Shown: positions 27,478 through 34,495 of the stretch, piece after piece
How positions within the stretch are numbered: position 1 is the first letter of the stretch
How the letters are laid out: each line of letters starts with the position of its first letter
Source: a virus
Taxonomy: Duplodnaviria; Caudoviricetes
DNA: 46,838 bases
Reading direction: 5' to 3' (one strand)
IMG/VR virus record: IMGVR_UViG_3300020045_011081
Location: 1 to 46,838 of that record
Notes under the pieces: generated by a model
What the model saw: only the letters and a program-made list of their open reading frames with translations
What the model was told of the DNA's origin: nothing
Databases searched by the model: none
Program-made: the position numbers and the translations under genes

Positions 27478-29466
27478 TCACACAGATGCGTAGTCTACTT
27501 CCTCAGCGTCACCCCAACAAGTACCTCTATCACATGCCACAATAATTGGAACGCTTAGCCCAGGCACAGCTGTTTCCATTACGTGTCTAATTTCTTTGAA
27601 CTGAGCATCTGACCAAGGTTCACATGGGTCAGACCAGTCAAGCTCATCGTGAACTGTTAAACATGGCATAAGATCGTTAAACAAGCCATCATCGTAGCAG
27701 TCTACCATTGCCTTCTTCATTAAGTCAGCAGCAGAGCCTTGTAGTAGCCTATTAACAGCTTTATGTAAACCCACACGCTCAACACGACTGCCATAAGCTG
27801 CAACAGCTTGCTCATAAGGTAACGGTATACAATTACGCCCGCCTCGTGTGGATGGCACATAGTTATTAAAGTGTGAGCGTCGGCCAAGCACAGTAGCAAT
27901 ATAGCCTTCACGGCCAGTAAGTGTACCATAGTGTTCAAGCGTTGCTTTAACATATGGTAATGCTTCAAAGTAAGTATTAATAAGTGACTTACCTTCTTCA
28001 TCAGATAAGCCAAGTGAAGCTGCGAGCTTTGCTAAACCCATGCCGTATACTAAGCCAAAGTTAATAGTTTTAGCTGGTTTACGTTTTAAGCCAATGCCTG
28101 TTAAGTCATTAACCATATCACAAACAATTTGGTGATAGTCAGCAAATGGATCTTTGTTAAAGACACCACGTACATGGTCAGACCCATGACCTACAGCATA
28201 GTGTGCTAAGAAGCGGTATTCAATTGAAGAATAGTCGAAAGCACGCCAGCCTGGATGCCCGCAGTCAGGTACAAAACAACCACGAATTAACGGACCAATG
28301 ATAGGATCACGGGCCGGTAGGTTTTGTAGATTAGGATCAGAAGAAGCAAACCGTCCCGATACAGTACCGCCACTGTCACCTTTAAGCGGGTGAAATGAAC
28401 CGTAAACCCGTCCATCGACGTTCTTTTTAAGAATGTAGTTATCAATAAATGTTGACCGAGCTTTTTGAACTTGTCGTACACGTGCAACCTCTGCTGCCAA
28501 TGGGTGAGTAACTGACTTGAAGTAGTCTGAGGTAAAGCTTGGCGCTCCTTTTTCTGTGCGAGGATATACAATACCGAACTTATCAAATGCGCGAGCTAGC
28601 GATGGTCCAGAATTGACACTTACATTAAACCCACATTGCTCATTAAGAATAATTTGATGGTCACGCTCAATAACAATAAGATCATCATGAGCTTTGTTAG
28701 CTTTTGCTAAATCCACACGGACGGACTTAAAGCGCATATCAACTAGTAAGTCAATAAGTCTGCACTCGATATCAAATACTTGGAATAAGCCAAACTGGCC
28801 GAGTAAAGGCCATTGCTTTTGAATAATATCAAGAGGCAACGTTGCATCTGACTCAGCGTAGGCACCAACAAGGCTAGGAGGACAACGCCAGATATTCTTA
28901 CGCTGACTACCATTAGGTTTGCCACCGTACGCATCAGCAAGCCATTCATACATTCTTGATGACTCTTTACCTAAGCCAAGGTATTTCTGGCCTAACGTCT
29001 CAAGAGCCACAGAGGCTTCTTCATCAATAAGAGCTTCTGCAAACTGGACGTCTAGCTTCTTACCAGCTACTTTAATACCTTCCTGCCGTAGCCAACCAAC
29101 ATCATAAATAAGGTTAGCGCCTACCTTAGTTTGGTATGAGCGCCCAAGTTGTTCACTTAACCAGGCAAATACTACTTGCGGGTCAAGATTGTCTTCAGGG
29201 CATACAGTATGGCGTACAGGGTAGTAACACTTAAAGCCGTCATTAGTAGCAATAGACACACCAACGATATGGCCAATACCTCTAGCCCAACCTGGACCGG
29301 ACTCCATAAGCTCAGGGTCATACGTTTCAGTGTCAAGAGCAATAGCTTTTGCTGAAGATAGGTCTGGAAACAAAGGTTTAGTTTTCCAGCCTGTATTAGG
29401 AATCCCAGGCAAGGGTCTACGATTCTGCTTAATATTTTTTTCATCTTCACTCCAGAATAAACCCAT
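27478..29466 (-). CDS. polA: DNA polymerase family A with 3'-5' exonuclease
   Basis: DTET ExoI, PNLQN, DYSSIEYR, K.INFG..YG, QGSAAD, VHDE. Confidence 0.97.
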   Translation of the reverse strand: MGLFWSEDEKNIKQNRRPLPGIPNTGWKTKPLFPDLSSAKAIALDTETYDPELMESGPGWARGIGHIVGVSIATNDGFKCYYPVRHTVCPEDNLDPQVVFAWLSEQLGRSYQTKVGANLIYDVGWLRQEGIKVAGKKLDVQFAEALIDEEASVALETLGQKYLGLGKESSRMYEWLADAYGGKPNGSQRKNIWRCPPSLVGAYAESDATLPLDIIQKQWPLLGQFGLFQVFDIECRLIDLLVDMRFKSVRVDLAKANKAHDDLIVIERDHQIILNEQCGFNVSVNSGPSLARAFDKFGIVYPRTEKGAPSFTSDYFKSVTHPLAAEVARVRQVQKARSTFIDNYILKKNVDGRVYGSFHPLKGDSGGTVSGRFASSDPNLQNLPARDPIIGPLIRGCFVPDCGHPGWRAFDYSSIEYRFLAHYAVGHGSDHVRGVFNKDPFADYHQIVCDMVNDLTGIGLKRKPAKTINFGLVYGMGLAKLAASLGLSDEEGKSLINTYFEALPYVKATLEHYGTLTGREGYIATVLGRRSHFNNYVPSTRGGRNCIPLPYEQAVAAYGSRVERVGLHKAVNRLLQGSAADLMKKAMVDCYDDGLFNDLMPCLTVHDELDWSDPCEPWSDAQFKEIRHVMETAVPGLSVPIIVACDRGTCWGDAEEVDYASV

Positions 29467-29468
29467 GG

Positions 29469-30425
29469 TTAGTCCTTCTTAAGCGCCAAAATAACTATAC
29501 GCTTATCATCTTTAATTGAAACAAACTTATCGGTATGAGCTAGCTCTACTCCTGACTTAAAGAATTGTATCATAGTTTTCAGTTGCAGGGAATGGGTGTA
29601 CTCAATTATATTACTATCAAATACAATACTTGCTTCGCTTGTACCAGTATTAAACGAAGCTTTATTTGGCACTTCCATATCAAAGTGTACACCAGTTTCA
29701 CCATAAGGTTTAATCTGTTCAAGTACTTCGAGTAGCTCTTCACTTACTGACTTGTAGTCTAGCGGGCTAAAGAAGTTATCTACATCCGGCCACTTCTCAG
29801 CCAACACTGGTGTCTGTAGATAGGAGTTGTCCGCAAACGTGAAGGTAAGCACACTTTTTTCGAAGGCCAGAGCGACCGGCTCACGAGCAAGCCGTGCAAG
29901 TACTGTAACGCATGCTTTTGGCAAGGCAACTTCGAAAGGCAGCTTAACACCAAGCTGCACCCTGACCATATACTGTGAGTCAGTAGCGTAGCCAAAGTCT
30001 CCACGTAGTAATAGCGATGTGCCCCACGCCCTCGGCGCCTCTTCGGGTACAAGTTTGGCCAGTTCTTTAAGCGTTGGAAGTATGTCACCTGAGACCTGCG
30101 TAAAGTGGGTAGGTTGTGGAAGGATTGGCAGTTCTTTATCGTTGTACAGTGGTAGCCAGTTTTTAACCTTACCTGATGTAATAGTAAGGCGTTGTTCTGT
30201 AAGACTAAACTTGACATTGCCTTTGGCAGCTGCTGCAGCCTTAATAATTGAGTCACCATCGACGCAGAAGTCTGGCATTCCTACGGCTGGCGTACTTAGC
30301 AGTGTGGATCGGTAATAGCTATAGGCAACCTGGTCACGTACAAAGAACATAGCTGCCAAGCCATCGGTAGTATCTTTAAGTGGTCTAGCCTGAGATACAA
30401 TCTTGCGGAATTCTTCATCTGTCAT
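29469..30425 (-). CDS. Sliding-clamp (DnaN beta)-like protein
   Basis: YATDS, VALPK and WPD motifs; 318 aa; adjacent to the polymerase. Confidence 0.65.
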   Translation of the reverse strand: MTDEEFRKIVSQARPLKDTTDGLAAMFFVRDQVAYSYYRSTLLSTPAVGMPDFCVDGDSIIKAAAAAKGNVKFSLTEQRLTITSGKVKNWLPLYNDKELPILPQPTHFTQVSGDILPTLKELAKLVPEEAPRAWGTSLLLRGDFGYATDSQYMVRVQLGVKLPFEVALPKACVTVLARLAREPVALAFEKSVLTFTFADNSYLQTPVLAEKWPDVDNFFSPLDYKSVSEELLEVLEQIKPYGETGVHFDMEVPNKASFNTGTSEASIVFDSNIIEYTHSLQLKTMIQFFKSGVELAHTDKFVSIKDDKRIVILALKKD

Positions 30426-30427
30426 GA

Positions 30428-30592
30428 CTAGCCTACATTTTCAAAGTTAATAGACTCATGCTCATTAATAGCTTTCTGCCAGCGCTCTACATAGTCTTTT
30501 AAGCTTAGCCGTGTATCGCTATCAAATAAGGCATCACCAGTAAATAGTGCAGCGTCAACTGCTTCACAAGCATCACGTAGGCAATCATTCAT
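30428..30592 (-). CDS. Small hypothetical protein, 54 aa (MNDCLRDACEAVDAALFTGD...)
   Basis: Manually translated; fills the gap in the operon. Confidence 0.55.
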   Translation of the reverse strand: MNDCLRDACEAVDAALFTGDALFDSDTRLSLKDYVERWQKAINEHESINFENVG

Positions 30593-30599
30593 AGTAGTT

Positions 30600-30617
30600 A
30601 AAGGGCCGAAGCCCTTT
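30600..30617. terminator. Hairpin, possible terminator
   Basis: AAAGGGC-CGAA-GCCCTTT. Confidence 0.55.
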
Positions 30618-30623
30618 CCTTAG

Positions 30624-30899
30624 TTAAACAGCTTCGTAAGTTAATTCAAAGATATCCGCTTTACACGGATATATTTCGCCTTTTACACCCTTAATAAGAT
30701 AATCACCTTGATTACATGTTATTACACCCGCAATTGTACTAATTAACATAATTGCAGCGCCAGTTAAATTACTATGGCTAAACCATATATTACCGGCTTT
30801 AGTAGCCTCTACTGCCCAAACTGGATCTTCAGTTTGGTCTGGACCACCAGTCCATAAGAAGGCTTCGACAACTACAGGTTTTTTACGGAATTGTGGCAT
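30624..30899 (-). CDS. Conserved phage protein (RKKPVVVEA...GDY..KG..GE.YPCK.DIF..TYE)
   Basis: Motif pattern common in phage hypothetical proteins. Confidence 0.8.
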   Translation of the reverse strand: MPQFRKKPVVVEAFLWTGGPDQTEDPVWAVEATKAGNIWFSHSNLTGAAIMLISTIAGVITCNQGDYLIKGVKGEIYPCKADIFELTYEAV

Positions 30900-30900
30900 A

Positions 30901-31749
30901 TTATACCGCCATTTGGAAGTAGTACTTAGGACCTTGCTCAAGCTTAGCTGTCATGATTAACGTCGGTACAAAGTCAATTAAGTCATTGATAGGCCCTTTA
31001 TTCCAGAAGAAGTCAGCTACATAAGGATACGGTACGTCATCAGCTATGTAGGCAAAAGTGTCATCAATCATTTTCTTAGCTGTTTCAATATGGTTTTCAT
31101 ACACGTGTGTATCAGCCATATTAAATACAAGCTCGCCAAGTTTAAGCCCAAGTATCTGAGATAAAGCTACTTGTAAGAACGCATGGCCTGCAATATCACT
31201 AGGCAAGCCCAGTATAAGATCCACACTACGCATATTAACGAGCATAGAGAGTCTTCCATCTTTGATGAAGAGCTGAAAGCTATAATAACACGGAGGTAGA
31301 CACATTTCATCCATCTCAGCAGGATTCCAGCACGACACAAGAAGACGACGTGAAGTTGGATTAGCCTTGGCTTCATTGATAACACCCTGCAGCTGGTCTA
31401 CGCCGTTAAAATTACGCCACTGAGCACCGTATACTGATCCAAGATCAGAGTTATCCAGATCGCCAGTACGCTCATTCCAGGCTTTAAGGTTTGCATCCCA
31501 GAAGTTACAACCCCAAGCCTTAAGTGTTTTATTATTTGTAAATCCATTCATAAAGCAATACATTTCACCAAATGCACCAGTTGGCATAAGCTTACGATGG
31601 GTAATAAGAGGAAAGCCGTCAGCCCAGTCATGGCGAATTTGAGTGGCGAATAAAGCGCGTGTACCAACTTTAGTACGGTCAATACGCTTGTCGCCGTCGT
31701 TGATTGCACGAGAAACTAATTCAAGATAATCACGTTCGAAGCGCATCAT
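30901..31749 (-). CDS. thyA: Thymidylate synthase homologue with Asp at the Asn177-equivalent position (candidate dCMP methyl/hydroxymethyltransferase)
   Basis: DRT.VGT, YG.QWR, SRR, LPPC, RSVD..LGLPSDIA, D.HVY.NH. Confidence 0.9.
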   Translation of the reverse strand: MMRFERDYLELVSRAINDGDKRIDRTKVGTRALFATQIRHDWADGFPLITHRKLMPTGAFGEMYCFMNGFTNNKTLKAWGCNFWDANLKAWNERTGDLDNSDLGSVYGAQWRNFNGVDQLQGVINEAKANPTSRRLLVSCWNPAEMDEMCLPPCYYSFQLFIKDGRLSMLVNMRSVDLILGLPSDIAGHAFLQVALSQILGLKLGELVFNMADTHVYENHIETAKKMIDDTFAYIADDVPYPYVADFFWNKGPINDLIDFVPTLIMTAKLEQGPKYYFQMAV

Positions 31750-32333
31750 AATGTTACTTCCTTCTTAGGATCAAAGCCATGAGTAATAAGTACTGAATCA
31801 ATATCTGGACCTACCCAACCAGCTGGCTTGACAATATCAAAGCTATTACCGTACTTGCTTGTTTTTTGCGTACCACGTTCTTTACGCATATTAGCGTTAT
31901 GAACTTCCAGGAATAGGCTTTCAATCGGTAAGCCTAAGTAGTAACAAGTACGAATACATAAGAAAATAACTTTGTCAAGGTTTGGTACTACGTCATCAAA
32001 GCGGTAATCACCATCAATACACATTTTGGCTAAGCCACGCATTGAGTCTTCTTCTGTGTAGTCTTCAGGGCCACCATGTGTAAAATCACTAATAGGGCAA
32101 GAAGTGTGGATACCCATTAAGTATTTTGTACCAACTGCAATGTACAAAATATCAACAAGAGCGTCAACACGGCCAGAAAGTGTTTTAGCATCAAGTAACT
32201 CTTGACCTTCTTCAGCTAAGCGCTTAACACGTAAATCAAGCATGTCGCCTTCAAGCTGACGAGCTTCGCCAGTGTATTGCATGCCAAACTTAGTAAAGAA
32301 GTCATGGACTAAAAGCAGAGTATTAGTGGACAT
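31746..32333 (-). CDS. MazG-like (DR2231-type) all-alpha NTP pyrophosphatase
   Basis: EE..EL...DALVDILY, VH.ANM.K, KP.GW..PD. Confidence 0.85.
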   Translation of the reverse strand: MSTNTLLLVHDFFTKFGMQYTGEARQLEGDMLDLRVKRLAEEGQELLDAKTLSGRVDALVDILYIAVGTKYLMGIHTSCPISDFTHGGPEDYTEEDSMRGLAKMCIDGDYRFDDVVPNLDKVIFLCIRTCYYLGLPIESLFLEVHNANMRKERGTQKTSKYGNSFDIVKPAGWVGPDIDSVLITHGFDPKKEVTL

Positions 32334-32359
32334 TTGTATTCCTCGTTAAAGTGTAATTC

Positions 32360-32388
32360 ATTATAACGCAAATATACAAAAGAGTAAA
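32360..32388 (-). promoter_or_regulatory. Promoter of the pyrophosphatase-TS operon
   Basis: TTTACT-N17-TATAAT on the minus strand. Confidence 0.6.
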
Positions 32389-32396
32389 CCCGGGAT

Positions 32397-32422
32397 AAAA
32401 AGAAACCCGCCGGAGCGGGTTC
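32397..32422 (-). terminator. Intrinsic terminator closing the ncRNA/tRNA transcript
   Basis: AACCCGC-TCCG-GCGGGTT plus TCTTTTT on the minus strand. Confidence 0.75.
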
Positions 32423-32449
32423 AAAAGGAAGGAACAACATGACATACAT

Positions 32450-32523
32450 TAGGCCTGACTGGGCTTGAACCAGCGACCAAAGGATTATGAGTCCTCTGCT
32501 CTGACCAACTGAGCTACAGGCCT
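32450..32523 (-). tRNA. tRNA with CAT anticodon, probably Ile2 (lysidine-type) rather than Met; CCA not encoded
   Basis: AGGCCTG acceptor stem, TAGCTCAG D-arm, GAGGA-CTCATAA-TCCTT anticodon arm, GGTTCAAG T-loop; resembles E. coli Ile2. Confidence 0.9.
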
Positions 32524-32623
32524 AATGTATGTGCTAACATATCCCTGTTAGCTGAGCTGGAGATTTACAATATTCTGTCGAGGCCCAGGGTGCTCGTACT
32601 AATTGGCATCGGCTTAAACGAGA

Positions 32624-32824
32624 TTAAGAAAAGGCCGTAATGCGCTCGTCCAAGATGCTGCTGTAGAGCGCCATTGCGTCCGCTTGCTTATTTAATCGCT
32701 CTTGCTCAGCTAAAGGTAGCGTAAGAAAAAATGATCCATTTTTAAAGAATTCAAGCTTTTCGCGTTTTTCATCAAGATCTGATTTTTCATCGACTACGCG
32801 TTGTTGGTGCGGTTGTAATTCCAT
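32624..32824 (-). CDS. Small helical protein, T4 Y16Q / crAss001_48-like
   Basis: HQQRVVDEK..LDEK..KL..F...F..L...EQ..L..Q...M..YS.IL.ERI..F. Confidence 0.75.
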   Translation of the reverse strand: MELQPHQQRVVDEKSDLDEKREKLEFFKNGSFFLTLPLAEQERLNKQADAMALYSSILDERITAFS

Positions 32825-32840
32825 GTATTTTCTCCAGTTG

Positions 32841-33006
32841 AACATCAATTAGCTAAGTCTACGCGGTTACACCTTCACCGGTTGCAGATAGGACGATATT
32901 TTGTTCTGCTGTTATCTATCCCCACGCAATCTGCCCGATTTTTTGTAGGTTAGAAATTAAAAGAACATGACTTAGCTAATTGATGTTGCTCGCTACTTTT
33001 CCGAGC
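32841..33006 (-). ncRNA. Structured RNA cassette C: small hairpin plus perfect 19-bp stem enclosing 109 nt
   Basis: Arms 32841-32859 and 32969-32987; GCTCG/CGAGC hairpin at 32988-33006. Confidence 0.65.
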
Positions 33007-33010
33007 TGGC

Positions 33011-33167
33011 CATGTTGGTTTCCGGAGCTGATCCCGGCATTTCGATTTCATAACATGGTAGTCAAAGGGTACGGAATCGAACCGTGAATCAATCGAAAAG
33101 TGGACCACCACGCCCCACTGCCCCTCGTACCGTTATTTGCGCATCAGCCTACGCATTTACCAACATG
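33011..33167 (-). ncRNA. Kissing-loop RNA with an internal tRNA-like T-arm
   Basis: GCTGAT loop complementary to ATCAGC loop; ACGG-TTCGATT-CCGT arm; closing CATGTTGGT/ACCAACATG. Confidence 0.6.
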
Positions 33168-33302
33168 AATGTCTACTGCAAATTAAAAAGCCTGCAGTAG
33201 CTGGAATTGCTTAATTGGCAAAATACTTGTCACGCCAATTTGTTGCGCTCGCCAGATTTAGGCATTCATGTTGGTGCTAGTTATACGATACTAGCAAACG
33301 TA
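33159..33302 (-). ncRNA. Structured RNA cassette B: H-type pseudoknot plus 17-bp stem
   Basis: TACG/CGTA and GCTAGT/ACTAGC pseudoknot; arms 33159-33175 and 33259-33275. Confidence 0.65.
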
Positions 33303-33428
33303 CTTAACTGGTACACAATGACTATGTATCTCCGTTACACTAAGGTAACGCTGTGACATCACCCACAGTTATTCCAACTAAGTATCTTACATGCTAGTAT
33401 ACTTTTCAGCAGGAGGTTTGTCTAGTCG

Positions 33429-33578
33429 TTAGCTGGCATATACCTTAAATATGTGCTTTACGACCTTAGGCCAGTTACGTTTACCGGTATTTAACCGATG
33501 GTTTACGCTTCTATATACTGCCCTTACAGGCAGCGACCAGACAAATAGCTGTAAAGTAAGCAATAACCATTTATACAT
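33429..33578 (-). CDS. 49-aa peptide with hydrophobic N-terminus and basic C-terminus (MYKWLLLTLQLFVWSLP...)
   Basis: AAGGAG RBS; manually translated. Confidence 0.45.
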   Translation of the reverse strand: MYKWLLLTLQLFVWSLPVRAVYRSVNHRLNTGKRNWPKVVKHIFKVYAS

Positions 33579-33591
33579 AGCTTACTCCTTT

Positions 33592-33735
33592 ACCAACAGC
33601 TCTGTACACTAATCCACTCGTATCGTTTGAAGCGCTTGTGGGTGGAAACCGGCACAGTGACAATTCACATATCTCTTTCAAGTTAATGTACAGAATTGTT
33701 AGTGCTAGGTATTTTATACTCCGCCTAGCCAGAGT
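33592..33735 (-). ncRNA. Structured RNA cassette A: H-type pseudoknot plus 21-bp stem
   Basis: ACTC/GAGT and GCTAGG/CCTAGC pseudoknot; arms 33592-33612 and 33683-33703 with 3 G-U pairs on the minus strand. Confidence 0.65.
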
Positions 33736-33750
33736 CACTTCACCGGAGGG

Positions 33751-34185
33751 TTATTCAGTTGCAGTTGCAGCCTGGGCAGCAGCAACTTGTTCTTGCAGCT
33801 TAGCCAGCTTATCAGCAGCTTTTTTGCCATCAGCAATTACTTTAGCTGCTTTTTTACCAGCACGAGCTGTTTCGCGAATCAGTTTGGCTTCTGCCTTAGC
33901 GGCATCTTTTTCTGCTTTGTCAGTAGACGCACGTTTTGCCAATACTTGGTTGGTAGCCTTACGCCAGTAAGTCAGTTGGCTTGAGATTGTACCGTTAGAC
34001 ATGGTTGTTTCGGCAGTCAGCTTTTCAATTACATCGCTTGAGGTGCGGCCAGCTTCGACAGCTTGGTCTGCTGTGTCCCAAACCATACGAGCGCCAGTGC
34101 CAGACGCTGGGTACATTACACCGTTAACTTCTTCTTTTGTCTGACGGCTTACTTGGATTTTGTGTGCTACTTGTTCTTGTGACAT
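33751..34185 (-). CDS. Putative DNA-binding protein with Lys/Ala-rich tail
   Basis: NGV..P..GT...VWD.AD...Q..YWRK; own promoter and GGAG RBS. Confidence 0.75.
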   Translation of the reverse strand: MSQEQVAHKIQVSRQTKEEVNGVMYPASGTGARMVWDTADQAVEAGRTSSDVIEKLTAETTMSNGTISSQLTYWRKATNQVLAKRASTDKAEKDAAKAEAKLIRETARAGKKAAKVIADGKKAADKLAKLQEQVAAAQAATATE

Positions 34186-34233
34186 GGTATTGCTCCGTTA
34201 TTTATTGAAGTGTTGTTTGATTTGATAGATTCA

Positions 34234-34262
34234 TTATACATAGATACTCGCACCGCGTAAAC
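34234..34262 (-). promoter_or_regulatory. Strong promoter (UP element, -35, -10)
   Basis: TTTACG-N17-TATAAT with A-rich upstream sequence. Confidence 0.7.
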
Positions 34263-34294
34263 TTTATTTTATCAGTATTACAACTTAACGGGTT

Positions 34295-34495
34295 CTAAAA
34301 GGGTATCTCTAAGTCAAAGTTATCACAGCCAGTTAGTACTACCTTCATTGGTGGTTGTGCATCGTATAGCATACACGTAGAGAGTACTAAATTAGCGTGT
34401 GTACAGTTACCACAGTTTTTAATAACTGTAAACCTTAATTCATCTATTCTTGCTAAAATTGTTGATGAATCACTCACTTTGTGGGTCTCCTTCAT
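34295..34495 (-). CDS. Small Cys-rich protein
   Basis: CGNC...C...PP..V..GC...IPF; overlaps the helicase end. Confidence 0.75.
   Translation of the reverse strand: MKETHKVSDSSTILARIDELRFTVIKNCGNCTHANLVLSTCMLYDAQPPMKVVLTGCDNFDLEIPF

Noticed and set aside
27478-29466. Intein or intron in the polymerase, terminase or helicase
   Set aside because: Lengths and motif spacing are normal; no splicing motifs or homing endonuclease seen
32450-32523. tRNA as a prophage attachment site
   Set aside because: No integrase, no duplicated 3' tRNA fragment, and phage genes on both sides
32442-33735. Inverted repeats as MITE/IS ends or a CRISPR mini-array
   Set aside because: Arms differ between units, no target-site duplications or transposase are seen, and G-U pairing indicates RNA structure
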